Shown: positions 1 through 11,623 of the stretch, in pieces
Layout: the number at the start of each line of letters is the position of its first letter
Numbering within the stretch: position 1 is the first letter of the stretch
Assembly: GCF_006345805.1 (NCBI RefSeq)
Contig: NC_043001.1
Coordinates: forward strand, 14,198,001-14,262,000
Source: Octopus sinensis
Lineage: Eukaryota
DNA length: 64,000 bases
Direction: 5' to 3'
Notes under the pieces: generated by a model
Database searches by the model: none
What the model saw: the letters and a program-made list of their open reading frames with translations, nothing else
Told to the model about the DNA's origin: nothing
Made by a program: the position numbers and the translations under genes

Positions 1-136
1 GGTTCGGCAAAAGAGGCCGATAGAATAAGTACTAGGCTTACAAAGAATAAGTATTGGGGTCGATTTGCTCGACTAAAGGTGGTGCTCCAGCATGGCCACA
101 GTCAAATGACTGAAACAAGTAAAAGAGTAAAAGAGA
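1..136 (+). mobile_element. SINE family A, 3' part
   Basis: Matches the tail of the family A copies elsewhere (ggttcggcaaaagag...ggtgctccagcatggcc...ctgaaacaagtaaaagag). Confidence 0.9.
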
Positions 137-450
137 ACAATACTTAATTTGAAGAATTACTGAGAATTACTCATAATCTCAGTCAAGGCCTGACATGAAT
201 ATTTGATTAAACTAATGAGCTAAAGTTGCAATATGAAAAAGTAGATTAATTAAACCTGTGAACATTAAACTATGCCCCAAACCAGATAATCGGACCAGAA
301 TCAAATCAGATTTGTGGATATTTAAGAGAAAAATTAAACTGAAGACAGAAGACGGGGAAACAAAGGGAAAATTAGAAAGGGGAACGACGGAAGAGTCGGA
401 CTTATATTAAAGACCGAACTCAGTGCAACAAATATAAGATAAAGAAAACT

Positions 451-740
451 GGTACTCCGTCGGTTACGACGACGAGTGGTCTGGTTGATTCGATCAAGAG
501 AATAACCAGCTGGTTAAATTAGCGTGCAGACACGTGTACCCTTAACGTAGTTCTCGCGGAGATTCAGCGTGACACAGAGTATGATAAGGCTGACCCTTTG
601 AAATAGAGATGCTAATAATTTTTTTGCCAGCTGATTGGACTGGAGTAACGGAAAGTAAGGTGTTTTGGTCAAGGACACAACGCACACTGGGAATCGAACT
701 CACAACCTTACGATCATGAGCCGAATACTCTAACCACAGG
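451..740 (-). mobile_element. SINE family C (tRNA-headed), degraded
   Basis: Reverse complement of the family C body and tail (gtgtacccttaacgtag, gtcgtaaccgacggagtacc); degraded tRNA-like head near 690-740. Confidence 0.75.
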
Positions 741-987
741 CTCTCGCCAAATTGAATATTTCTTATAAACGGACAAGCTACCCGAGTTAGCGTATCACTC
801 AGGCTTGCGAGAAAGGGATGGCCTCCCTTTGCAAATACTTCAAGGGCACTGAAATGGTGTCTAAAGCCAGCTGGAGACGACGATCTCCTGGGGCTATAGA
901 GCTACAGGAACACCCCCTATGTGGTTAGCCATATTAAGATCGCTTCTATACTTTACAATTTTTATCAAGTTCTCAAGAAAATCAAAG

Positions 988-1157
988 GGTGAGCTTTGTC
1001 ACATTCTGTGTCACGCTGAATCTCCCCGAGGACTAAGTTAAGGGTACACGTGTCTGTGGAGTGCTCAGCCACTTGCACGCTAACTTAGAGTTATCCAGCA
1101 GGTTGTTCTGTTGATCGAATCAAACGGACCACTCCTCGTCGTAACCGACGGAGGACC
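988..1157 (+). mobile_element. SINE family C, 3' part
   Basis: ctgtgtcacgctgaatctccccgag...gtcgtaaccgacggag, as in the full copy at 53954-54337. Confidence 0.8.
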
Positions 1158-1164
1158 GGTTTTC

Positions 1165-1940
1165 TCTATCTTTTATTTGTTGCACTGAGTCCGACTCTTC
1201 CGTCGTTCTCCTTTCTAATTTTTTTTCTTCCTTTCCCGTTTTCTCTCTTTAGTTCCATTTTCTCTTAAATATTCGCAAACTGTTAATTTTCTCCAAAAAT
1301 ATCGTTGTTGCTTTTCACGCCAACAAAATCTTCGCAATTTAGAGAAAATCCCTTCTCTGAATCCCTTGTTGCAGGCATTCTTTAATTTCGGATGCTATTT
1401 TTGTTGTGTTACATTTCTGTATTCGTCTCTCCTTCGTTTTTCACTAGTTTCGTTTCGTTATCAATTCATTAAAGATTGAGAGAAAAATCTCCCCCTCTCT
1501 GCATGCATTTCCATGTTGATTGTTTAAGTTCTGCTATCTCTATACGAGTAAATCTGTGGGAGTATCCACCATTATTTCTAACCACAGTGGTTGCTGCATA
1601 TATTATATCGCTAATCTCGGCTGCATTGATGTTCGTGTTCATTTTAATTAAACCCTGGACGACCAGGTTTCCGTTTTCCATTCATGAAAATATCTTATCA
1701 CTCGGAATTATCCTTGGGCGGTACTTCCGTTGATTCACAGGAAATCTATTGATTTTGTTTCTTTCATTATTTCCGTCTTCACATTGTAATGTTCATGACA
1801 ATTTACAAGGGAAAATATTTGCTTCCTTCGTCTTTAGTCGTTTCTGGGGATGTTCATTCTTACACGTTCCATTTTTCAATTTTTCTGTGTATTAGTTTCA
1901 AAATATCCATTCTCCAATTGTTAATCTTTGGCTAAATGAT
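1165..1940 (-). mobile_element. Degraded non-LTR retrotransposon ORF remnant, possibly R4/Dong clade pre-RT region
   Basis: Translation NTNINAAEISDIIYAATTVVRNNGG...IAELKQ resembles the T.NITETN.LIYA.A.VV / E.LKQ region remembered for R4/Dong ORFs; many stops and frameshifts. Confidence 0.4.
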
Positions 1941-1957
1941 ACGGTTTTCCTTTATAC

Positions 1958-2377
1958 TCTCTCTTTTACTCTTTTACTTGTTTCAGTCATTTTGACTGCG
2001 GCCATGCTGGAGCACCGCCTTTAGTCGAGCAACTCGACCCCGGGACTTATTCTTTTGTAAGCCCAGTACTTATTCTATCGGTCTCTTTTGCCGAACAGCT
2101 AAGTTACGGGGATGTAAACACACCAGCATCGGTTGTCAAGCAATGCTAGGGGGACAAACACAGACACATAAACACACACATGCATATATATATATATATA
2201 TATATACATATATACGACGGGCTTCTTTCAGTTTCCGTCTACCAAATCCACTCACAAGGCTTTGGTCGGCTCGAGGCTATAGTAGAAGACACTATCCCAA
2301 GGTGCCACGCAGTGGGACTGAACCCGGAACCATGTGGTTGGTAAACAAGCTACTTACCACACAGCCACTCCTGCGCC
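1958..2377 (-). mobile_element. SINE family A, full length, internal (TA/TG)n
   Basis: tRNA-like head ggcgcaggagtggctgtgtggtaag...ggttcagtccc (A/B boxes), internal microsatellite, tail gtaaaagag. Confidence 0.92.
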
Positions 2378-2400
2378 TATGTTTATTATAATAATAATAA

Positions 2401-2602
2401 TCCTTTCTACTAAAGGCACAGGGCCTGAAATTTTATGGAAGGGGACCAGTTGATTTCATCAACCCCAGTGTTTCACTGGTACTTAATTTATCGACCCCGA
2501 AAGGATGAAAGGCAAAGTGAATTTCGTTGGAATTTGAACTTAGAATGTAAATGCCACTAAGCATTTTGCCCGGCGTGTTAACGATTCTGCCAGCTCGCTG
2601 TT

Positions 2603-2652
<50 letters not shown>

Positions 2653-3115
2653 TTATTTCTTTATTGCCCACAAGGGGCTAAACACAGAGGGGACAAACAA
2701 GGACAGACAAGCGGATTAAGTCGATTACATCGACCCCAGTGCGTAACTGGTACTTAATTTATCGACTCCGAAAGGAAGAAAGGCAAAGTCGACCTCGGTG
2801 GAATTTGAACTCAGAATGTAGCGGTAGACGAAATACCGCTAAGCATTTCGCCAGGCTTCCTAACGATTGCCAACTCGAATGTCAGATGGACTCGAAGAAA
2901 TACAGAAAATGCAAAGAAACGTTGTGAATGATGTATTAATGATTTCTAATTTAGGCACAAAGGCAGCAGTTTTCAAGGAAGGGGTCAATCGATACTATCG
3001 ACCCTAGGACTTGACAGGTACTGTATTGCATCGACCCCCTAAGAGGAAGGAATAGCAAAGCTGACTTCGGGAAATTTCAACTCAAAATGTAAAAAAAGCC
3101 AGAACAAATACCGAA
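2401..3115 (-). mobile_element. Three SINE B/B2 copies nested in an (AAT)n tract
   Basis: Three repeats of cgaccccgaaaggatgaaaggcaaagtc...gaatttgaactcagaa at about 2401-2600, 2653-2875 and 2940-3115. Confidence 0.88.
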
Positions 3116-3133
3116 TCTCATAGATGCGTACGT

Positions 3134-3182
<49 letters not shown>

Positions 3183-3196
3183 AGGGAGAGAGAGAG

Positions 3197-3235
<39 letters not shown>

Positions 3236-3603
3236 CCGTGCAATTATTTTCTGACGCTCTAACGATTCTGTGACTCTGCCGTCTTAAAGGAAAATATTAA
3301 TAAGAGACAGATAGACGTGGAGCAGAGACGTCATGTCATTGACGAGATCACGAAATAACAACGAAAATGACTTTGACACACCTGGCTGATTAACTGACCA
3401 AAGATTAATCAAACCATCAATGAGCATTATGTATCATATATGATGCATGGGCGCCAGCGGAGCGTGTCCTGTGTATTACATGTGACACGCATGACAAGTA
3501 AACGGTTTAATCTTTCAATAATTGATGTTTCTCTTCTCTCCTCTATCTGACCTGAAGTTCCACTGCCTGATGAAACCGATGCGTTTCATGCATCAATCTC
3601 GAG

Positions 3604-4463
3604 GGCCTCATTGGAGATAGAGAAGAAGAGGGTTCCAGACTCAGAGAAGAGTATAGAGGAACCTATATTGGGAGAGGCGGCGAGCTGGCAGAAACGTTAG
3701 CGCGCCGGGCGAAATGAGTAGCCGTATTTCATCTGTCGTTACGTTCCGAGTTCAAAGTCCGCTGAGGTCGACTTTGCCTTTCATCCTTTCGGGGTCGATA
3801 AATTAAGTACCAGTTATGCACTGGGGTCGATGTAATCGACTTAATCCGTTTGTCTGTCCTTGTTTGTCCCCCCTGTGTTTAGCTCCTTGTGGGTAGTAAA
3901 GAAATATATATTGGGAGAGGTAGTAAAGGAGAAAGCCTAGAGGACTTATTCTAAAAACAAGGAAGCGGAGAAGGAAATCGTGAAGTTCAAGCACATCATA
4001 AGGGTAAAAATACCCAGTGACACGTACCCTGAGAGAGTGAAGGCCATGGTGGTCGATAAGGTAACCTACGAAAAACTTAAAGACATGTGCGGGAATAGAA
4101 TTGACCCGGCCGGAGCGATGGTGGAGTTCAATGAGCTGCCACCAATAATTGATCTGTTAGAACTGGAGCTGTGTATGAGGCGTTAAAAAAAAAGGAAAAG
4201 AGAAAGGAAACAGTATTTTTGAAGGAAAAAATGATAATTAATGGAAAAAACAACAGATAAAATAACAAGACTGTAATAACAGTGTGTAAAATCGTTCCAA
4301 TGGTACTGCATGAGGAGTGGGGGCCATGCAGCCATTTCATTGTTCATTATTGTATAATATTCATTCTCATCCGTTTTATGTTTATTGTCCCCACTGTAGT
4401 GTTGTGTCTGTCCTTGTAGTGTCCCTCTCTATGTTAGTGGCCCGAGTGCCAAAATAAAGAAAT
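3604..4463 (+). mobile_element. LINE-like remnant: ~110-codon frame with one stop, then a 3' UTR ending aataaagaaat (possibly L1/Tx1 type)
   Basis: After removing the SINE B insertion the frame reads ASLEIEKKRVPDSEKSIEEPILGEVVKEKA*RTYSKNKEAEKEIVKFKHIIRVKIPSDTYPERVK...MRR*; the tail is homologous to the SINE B tail. Confidence 0.5.
3678..3906 (+). mobile_element. SINE family B, full length, 14-bp TSD
   Basis: Head gcggcgagctggcagaaacgttagc...gttccgagttcaaa; TSD tatattgggagagg at 3664-3677 and 3907-3920. Confidence 0.93.
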
Positions 4464-4559
4464 CTCTCGAGGGTCTCCTTTCACTGTAAGATAAATCACT
4501 CACTTTCTTCACCAAAATTAATTTTCCATCTCAAACAAAAAAAAAAAACTGTTTTATCA

Positions 4560-5140
4560 TGGTTGTGTGGTAAGAGATTTACATGCCAGTCACACGGTTC
4601 CGGTTTCAGTCTCGCTGCGTGGCACTTTGAGCAAGAGCATCGGGCCGGCCAAAGCCTTGTGGGTGGATTTGGTAGACGGAATCTGTAAGTAATCCGTCGT
4701 GTGTGTGTCATCACGCTTGACAACCGGTATTGACAACCGGCGACGAGCTGGGAGAAGCGTTAGCACACCGGGCGAAATGTTTTGCGGTATTTCGTCTACC
4801 GTTACGTTGTGAGTTCAAATTCCGCCGAGGTCGACTTTGCCTTTCATCCTTTTGGGGTCGATAAATTAAGCACCAGTTACGCACTGGGGTCGATGTAATC
4901 GACTTAATACCTATGTCTGTCCTTGTTTGTCCCCTCTATGTTTAGCCCCTTGTGGGTAATAAAGAAATAAGTATTGATATGTTTACGTCCTCGTAACCTA
5001 GTGTTTCATCAAAAGAATCCGATACCAAAAGTACCAGGCTGTAAAATTAAGTACTGGGGTCGAGTCGTTGGACTAAAAATTCTTCAGGGCGCTGCCCCAG
5101 CATGGCCGTAGTCTCATGAATGAAACTAGTAAAAGATAGA
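4560..5140 (+). mobile_element. Degraded SINE A interrupted by a SINE B (4738-4970)
   Basis: A head at 4560-4735, complete B, then the A tail resumes at gtattgatatgtttacgtcc. Confidence 0.85.
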
Positions 5141-5380
5141 CCATATAACATGTCATTTGAAAAGGAGGTCGTGGCTATCATAGAAATTGTTTTTAATGAA
5201 AATGGCGATCATTTTTACTTAGCATCTATTTTCACAGCATCTCGTTCATATTGTGTCACAAAGATAAATGGAAAACGAAGGATGATAAGATTTTTCTTAA
5301 GCACTTGGAAATATTTCTCTGCAATTATGACATCCGATACTTACCTGGTAAAGATAACGGAGCCATTGATGTTCTTATCG
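5140..5380 (+). mobile_element. Ty3/gypsy RNase H remnant
   Basis: Frameshifted Y...FEKEVVAI and LCNYDIRYLPGKDNGAIDVL match the gypsy RH motifs EKE.LAI and Y.PGK.N..AD.LSR. Confidence 0.55.
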
Positions 5381-6017
5381 GATGCTCTTCTATAATATTT
5401 CCTGGAATCACAGATTTTCATAAGCTGTTGAATCGACCTGTGAAAAAACGGCTATGTCAATATGTCACTTCTAAATAATTGCCATTTTCTTTGGAAGATT
5501 AAAATATCTATTAAATTATCACGGATTAATCAGTTGCATGCGATCCATCTTTCTCATGATAAACTTAAGCTTTGTCAAGTCCATCTGACCGTTTCACTAT
5601 CAACTTCGAATGCCTTCTGCAATTGGATAACTTTTATCGATATTTATTTTGTGGTATTAGCTTACTAGATAGGGTTTCCCTTTGTGCTGGTTCGTTCTTA
5701 TATGACAATTCCTACAGGAGTTTGCTATCTTCAAAATAGCTTTCTTACGTGTTTGGTGTTCCAGTTTAGATCTGTTCTTATCGAGAATCACAATTAATGT
5801 CACAAAGTGTTTATAGACTTTTGATGGACTTACTCAGGAGAGAAGAGCAATACGTATGACTACAGGACCCCCCCCCCCGATCCTTGTGGAAGGGTGGGAG
5901 GAAGGAATTCTCAAACCAGGGGCCTGGCCCAAATGTTTTCAGCTGAGTGGGTCCATTAAAGGCACCCAAGAGTCAGGTGGTGGTATTAAACTAAATCGTG
6001 AATAAAATGAATTTTTT

Positions 6018-6266
6018 GTGGAAGCGCATGGCTTAGTGGTTAAGGTGTTGAACTCATGATCGTAAGGTTGCGGTTTCGATTCCTGGACCGGGCGATGCGT
6101 TGTGTTCTTGAGCAAAACACTTCATTTCACTTTGCTCCAGTCCACTCAGCTGGCAAAAATGAGTAAGCCTGCGACAGACTGGCGTCCCGTCCAGGTGGGA
6201 AATTTCTACGCCACTGAAACCGGGAAACCGGCCCTTATGAGCCTGGCCTGGCTCGAGAAGGAACAT
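6018..6266 (+). mobile_element. SINE family C-type
   Basis: tRNA-like head gtggaagcgcatggcttagtggtta...ggtttcgattcc; tail ccggcccttatgag...gagaaggaac. Confidence 0.85.
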
Positions 6267-6507
6267 TTATTTTTTTTTATATTAAACTAAAAAAAGGGGG
6301 GGATGAGAAAAGAAAAGAATAAGCACTTCTTAAATGCCTCGCATTTGAATGATGTGTTCGGAGGAGATCGTGCAAGGGAAATAAATCGTGAATAAAAGGA
6401 ATTGTTTTTTTAATTTCCCTAATGTTCCAATATACTACAGATATCAACTTCGTAAACTTCAGGAAGACGTAAAGCTTATCAATCTTGTTAGAAACTAAAT
6501 AACCATA

Positions 6508-6850
6508 TAGGTAAAGGCCTCTTTCGGTCATGAGTGGCCATGGGATTGCACCTAGAAAGTTACCCTCCGGGGCACAAGTCCGGGCAAGCTTATTAGTAAA
6601 AGACCAGCAGTAGCTCATGCATACCGGCCTCTCCTCTCCACACCACCGATGTTATCCAAGGAAAAAGCAAAGGGGCCGATACAGCTTGGCACCAGTGATG
6701 TCACAACTCTTTTCTACAGCTGAGTGAAATGGAGCAACGTGAAATAAAGTGTCTTGCTCAAGAACACAACACGCAGACCGTTCCGGGATTCGAACTCACT
6801 ACCACATGATTGTGAACCCGACGCTCAACCATTAAGCCATGCGCTTTCAC
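6508..6850 (-). mobile_element. tRNA-derived SINE, C-like head with a different tail
   Basis: Minus-strand head gtgaaagcgcatggcttaatggtt...gagttcgaatccc. Confidence 0.7.
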
Positions 6851-7154
6851 AAATACCTATATACAACCTACCAAAGTATTTGTCTTTTATGCAAGAAGCT
6901 ATTTTTAAAACGAGGATTAGTTTAATGGAAGTCAATAAGGGGCCATCCATACAGCTGTTTGGCCTACTAAACTGAAACAATTCCATAACATTCGACAAGA
7001 AACAGTCCAAATGACAGAGAAGATCAAGTTGACCGAGGGTGACCGTCTGAATTGAGTTTTATAAAGAAGAGTAACACTTGCCATTCGTTCAAGAAAGCCG
7101 TTGAACAAAACAACGGAGTCAGGTTTTGAGACTATTACGACTGCATGCAACAGG

Positions 7155-7545
7155 GAGGCGAGCTGGCAGAAACGTTAGCACGCCGGCCGAAATGCGTAGC
7201 GGTATTTCGTCTGCCGTTACGTTCTGAGTTCAAATTCCACCGAGGTCGACTTTGCCTTTCATCCTTTCGGGGTCGATAAATTAAGTACCAGTTATGCACT
7301 GGGGTCGATCTAATCGACTTAATCCGTTTGTCTGTCCTTGTTTGTCCCCTCTGTGTTTAGCCCTTTGTGGGTAGTAAAGAAATAGGTATTTCGTCTGCCG
7401 CTACGTTCTGAGTTCAAATTCTTCCGAAGTTGACTTTGCCTTTCATCTTTTCGGTGTCAATTTATTTAGTACCAGTTGATATTTTCGACTAGCCCCCACC
7501 CCTTCAAACTTGCTGGCCTTGTACTAAAGTTTGAAACCATAATTG
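7155..7545 (+). mobile_element. SINE B followed head-to-tail by a headless B2 unit
   Basis: Full B at 7155-7384, junction aaagaaataggtatttcgtc, then a second unit. Confidence 0.88.
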
Positions 7546-7785
7546 CTGCGTGCAATTAATCCCTCCTTTTGCTACTAACTTGATACCTCATGGAAGTTTA
7601 CTTTCAAAACAGATCACCTACGGTTCAGTCTTTACCAAGATGGCTGTCTGAGCCTAACCTAGAACAAGTTTACTTACTATTGATCCTAACAATAAAGCCT
7701 ATCATACAGTTCTATATTTAAGAGATGAGGATTTATTTACATTATATACATTCGACGGATATTTGTCCTCATCTTGTTTGTTGTT

Positions 7786-7831
7786 AACACAACGTTTCGG
7801 CTGATATACCTTCCAGCCTTCATCAGGTGTC
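7786..7831 (-). ncRNA. Minimal type-I hammerhead ribozyme
   Basis: GACAC-CTGATGA-A-GGCTGG/TCAGCC-GAAA-CG-T-T-GTGTT: 5-bp stem I, 6-bp stem II, palindromic ACGT stem III. Confidence 0.8.
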
Positions 7832-7854
7832 TTGGGGAAATTTCGAACCTGGGT

Positions 7855-7985
7855 TCTCATTCACAAGGATGGTATTCCAGTAAGACCTATAGTGAGCTGT
7901 AGAGGTTCAGCATGTCATCCACTGAGCCGCTTCCTTGTGGATATAATCAGTCCATTAGCAGGAAAGTCAACATCGTACGTGAATT
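7855..7985 (+). mobile_element. Penelope-like element reverse transcriptase fragment
   Basis: HKDGIPVRPIVSCRGSACHPLSRFLVDIISPLAGKSTSYVN matches the PLE RT motif HK...P.RPIVS..GS...LS.FL...L.PL. Confidence 0.8.
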
Positions 7986-8577
7986 TTAAAATCAAATATT
8001 ATTGTCGCTGGAAAGGAAATAATAATTTAGCCGTAAATTCAAACAAACCATGTAAATAAAAAACATTGCGTATATTCTCTATATTGTTTTTGTACATTAA
8101 TTCTATGTAATGTACAGTAGCTATGATAAAATATTGCGTAATAAAGAATATGCAATTATAGACCATGCACTGTTAATAAAATTCAATACTAATCATAAGA
8201 ACTATTGTATAAGATTGTTAATGTAAATTTTTATATCATTTATTGCACAGAGAACAATAAAATTTATATACAATAAAAATGCACATCATCCTTTCTTTTT
8301 TAAATAGTTCCACTTAATTTTCTCCGTTCCATGGAATTTCCAGGGGTCCCTCTACTTTAACTTAATCTTTTCCAATGCTGCTTGAATATTTTTACCATAC
8401 CATTTTATGGGGGGAGGGAGTTGCATCTCTATTCTTCTTCTACGCTATTGTTTATCACTTTTGAAATTCGAATAAATTGTATCTTTTTTTTCAAACAATC
8501 TAATATTTGAATTTCTACAATTGTTTCTAGTCACAACAATTGTGAATGTGTACAAATACATACACACACACACACAT

Positions 8578-8615
<38 letters not shown>

Positions 8616-8649
8616 CTATATATATATATATATATAATATATATATAAA

Positions 8650-8945
8650 CACGACGCCAGGTCTAGGAATTGAAACCGCGAGTCCGCTGCCCTAACTACT
8701 GGGCCATTGCACCTCCACAGACCGGGCGTTGTAAGTGTTTATTGAGCGAAAACACCTAAAGCTCCACGAGGCGGGTGGTGGCGATCCCTGCTATACTCTT
8801 TCGCCACAACATTCTCTCATTCTTTCTTCTGTTGGCCTGCTCGCTTAGCCACCAGGGTGGCGTCGTTTGAAGGCTACAACAATGCGAAGCGTATTGTGAC
8901 CAGCGATGTGTAGCAACATCTGATAGCCTGGTCGGTAACGGTGAT
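8650..8945. mobile_element. SINE C-type fragments (minus-strand head plus plus-strand body)
   Basis: accgcgagtccgctgccctaac (minus-strand head) joined to cagaccgggcgttg...gagcgaaaacacctaaagctccacgagg. Confidence 0.7.
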
Positions 8946-9152
8946 ATATATATATATGTATGTATGTATGAATACATATATATATATATTAATCTGTATA
9001 TATATATATTAATCTGTATGTATATATATATAAATTTGTATATATACACACACACATATATATATACACGCACATACGTACACACACATATATATATATA
9101 CACATGTATGTGGAGTAGTCGAACCTAGCAGGCGTCTGCTGGGTTCAACTAC

Positions 9153-9195
9153 TCCACATTGATAAAGGGCAAATACCTTGAAACTAGTCTGTGGA
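9153..9195 (+). ncRNA. Minimal type-I hammerhead ribozyme with U3-A8 covariant core
   Basis: TCCACA-TTGATAA-AGGG/CCTT-GAAA-CTAG-T-C-TGTGGA; perfect 6-bp stem I, palindromic ACTAGT stem III, GUC cleavage triplet. Confidence 0.75.
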
Positions 9196-9367
9196 TGTTT
9201 GAACCAGCACGGGAAAGCTGATGACCTCCCATGGTCGGAGGTTGTAATGGACACAGGTTTGTGTGTCACATAGCTAGCTAGATGCGATGGCCTCTTGGAG
9301 CTAATCAACGGCAGCTTTCGTCCTATTTTTCTGGACTGCCATGTTAGCTTGGCGATAACTATATAAA

Positions 9368-9410
<43 letters not shown>

Positions 9411-9887
9411 ATATATATATACGCCAGGCTTCTTTCAGTTTCTGTCTACCAAATCTTCGCAAAATGCTTTGGTCGGCCCGAGGCTATATTAAACGATACT
9501 AGTCCAAAGAGCCACGCAGTGAGACTTGAACCCGGAACCATGTGTTTGGGACGCCATGCCCTGCATATGGAACATCTCGGTATTTGGAGTTATATATGAT
9601 GTATTTCCCTGAAATACATCATATTTTGCGTTGCTTATATGTGCATATAGACTGTGAGCATATACGTGTATTTAGACAGTGTATATTGTCTAGAAGTACA
9701 TGATAAAAATCAGATATTTATCTCTAGGAAAATGAAGCCAAAATTATTTGATATATGATCAAATAATTTTCAGAAAATATATTTTAATCTCCGCCGAAAT
9801 ATTCAATAATTCTTCTTTTCCTTTTCTAGACTTACAGGCTTTTATCAAGACAATGTCTACGCGCGTATGTGTTTGTGTGTGTTCACA

Positions 9888-9942
<55 letters not shown>

Positions 9943-10143
9943 AGGATATGTATGTTTATACATATATATATTCATGGATGCATATATACACATACATGCA
10001 TATGTACATATAGATGCATACCTATTCACACTCACACATATATGTTTATATATATATATATATTATATTATATGTATTATATTATATATATAATATTCAT
10101 TCATAAATGCATATATAACCACAAATATGTAATATAATATATA

Positions 10144-10358
10144 GGCGCAGCAGTAGCTGAGTAGTAAGTAGCTTGCTTAACAACCACATGGTTCCGGGTT
10201 CAATCCCACTGCGTAGCACCTTGGGCAAGTGTCCTCTACTATAGCCTCGGGCCGACCAAAGCCTTGTGAGTGGATTTGGTAGATGGAAACTGAAAGAAGC
10301 CTGTCGTATATATGTATGTATATATGTATATATATGTGTGTGTGTGTGTGTATGTGTA

Positions 10359-10396
<38 letters not shown>

Positions 10397-10610
10397 TGTG
10401 TGTGTGTGTGTGTGTGCGTGTTTGTGTGTCTGTGTTTCTGCCCCCAACATCGCTTGACAGCAGATGCTGGTGTGTTTATGTCCCCGAAACGTAGTGGTTT
10501 GGTAAGAGATCGATTGAATAAGTACTAGGTTTTCAATGAATAAGTCCTGCGGTCGACTAAAGGCAGTGCTCCAGCGTGGCCCCAATCAAATAATTGAAAC
10601 AAGTAAAAGA
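10144..10610 (+). mobile_element. SINE family A (duplicated at 11369-11835)
   Basis: Family A head, internal TA/TG/GA microsatellite, tail. Confidence 0.9.
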
Positions 10611-10624
10611 ATATATAGAGATAT

Positions 10625-11255
10625 AAACTTAGATAAACTTAGACATGTTTCGACCAAAGATTGGTCCAGGCCATGTCTAACTCAATAGCACCACCTGATA
10701 GGATTATCTAAATCCTTTTTAAGTTTTGTTTATGGTCCATTCAAGTAGTGAGTGAGTCTTGTTGAGTGAGTTGTATCCAATTATGGGTGGCTTCTCTGGT
10801 ATTCTTTGAAGAATTCTGTTCAGACTCCGTTTAAAGGTGATGCGATCCTTTTCCTCTTGATCAGTTTTGGGACAATGTTAAACAGGGCAGGGCCTGTTGA
10901 GGAAAAGAAATTGTGTCGCAGTGTACCTATATGTTGTGATCCTGAATTGGATAGGGGACATATAGTCCGTGGTCCAAGCCTTGGATGAACCTTGAAACTA
11001 ATGTTCATGTTGTTTGGGCAATGTTGGTGGTATATTCTCCACATCGTACAAATGATGTACCGCTCGCCGCAGGGCTGGAGAGAGTAGAGTTTCAAGGCTT
11101 TAAAGCAGTCCCAATGATCGAGATCAGTCATGCCTTCAATTCGCTTAGTGAGTACCCTCTGAGGTGATTCAATCCTCGAGATGTTTTGTTTTGTATGGGA
11201 AGACCGCAAGGGTCAGCAATATTCGAGGTGTGACCATACAAAAAAAAGAGGAGAA
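10625..11255 (-). mobile_element. 5'-truncated L2/Crack/CR1-superclade LINE 3' end (duplicated at ~11850-12470)
   Basis: LKLYSLQ...ERYII...TLRHNFFSSTGPALFNIVPKLIK...FKRSLNRILQRIPEKPPIIGY..NSL C-terminus; 3' UTR stem-loop and (ctaagtttat) tail repeats. Confidence 0.75.
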
Positions 11256-11583
11256 AAGTGGAATGATGACACCCTGTATAAATATATATATTATATATAT
11301 GTATTATATTATATATAATATTCATTCATAAATGCATATATAACCACAAATATGTAATATAATATATAGGCGCAGCAGTAGCTGAGTAGTAAGTAGCTTG
11401 CTTAACAACCACATGGTTCCGGGTTCAATCCCACTGCGTAGCACCTTGGGCAAGTGTCCTCTACTATAGCCTCGGGCCGACCAAAGCCTTGTGAGTGGAT
11501 TTGGTAGATGGAAACTGAAAGAAGCCTGTCGTATATATGTATGTATATATGTATATATATGTGTGTGTGTGTGTGTATGTGTA

Positions 11584-11623
<40 letters not shown>

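Noticed and set aside
3565-3600. ctgatgaaac...gtttcat
   Set aside because: Simple hairpin; no GAAA follows the stem.
5337-5348. ATACTTACCTGG, identical to the U1 snRNA 5' end
   Set aside because: Similarity stops after 12 nt, and the sequence is explained as the RYLPGK codons of the gypsy RNase H remnant.
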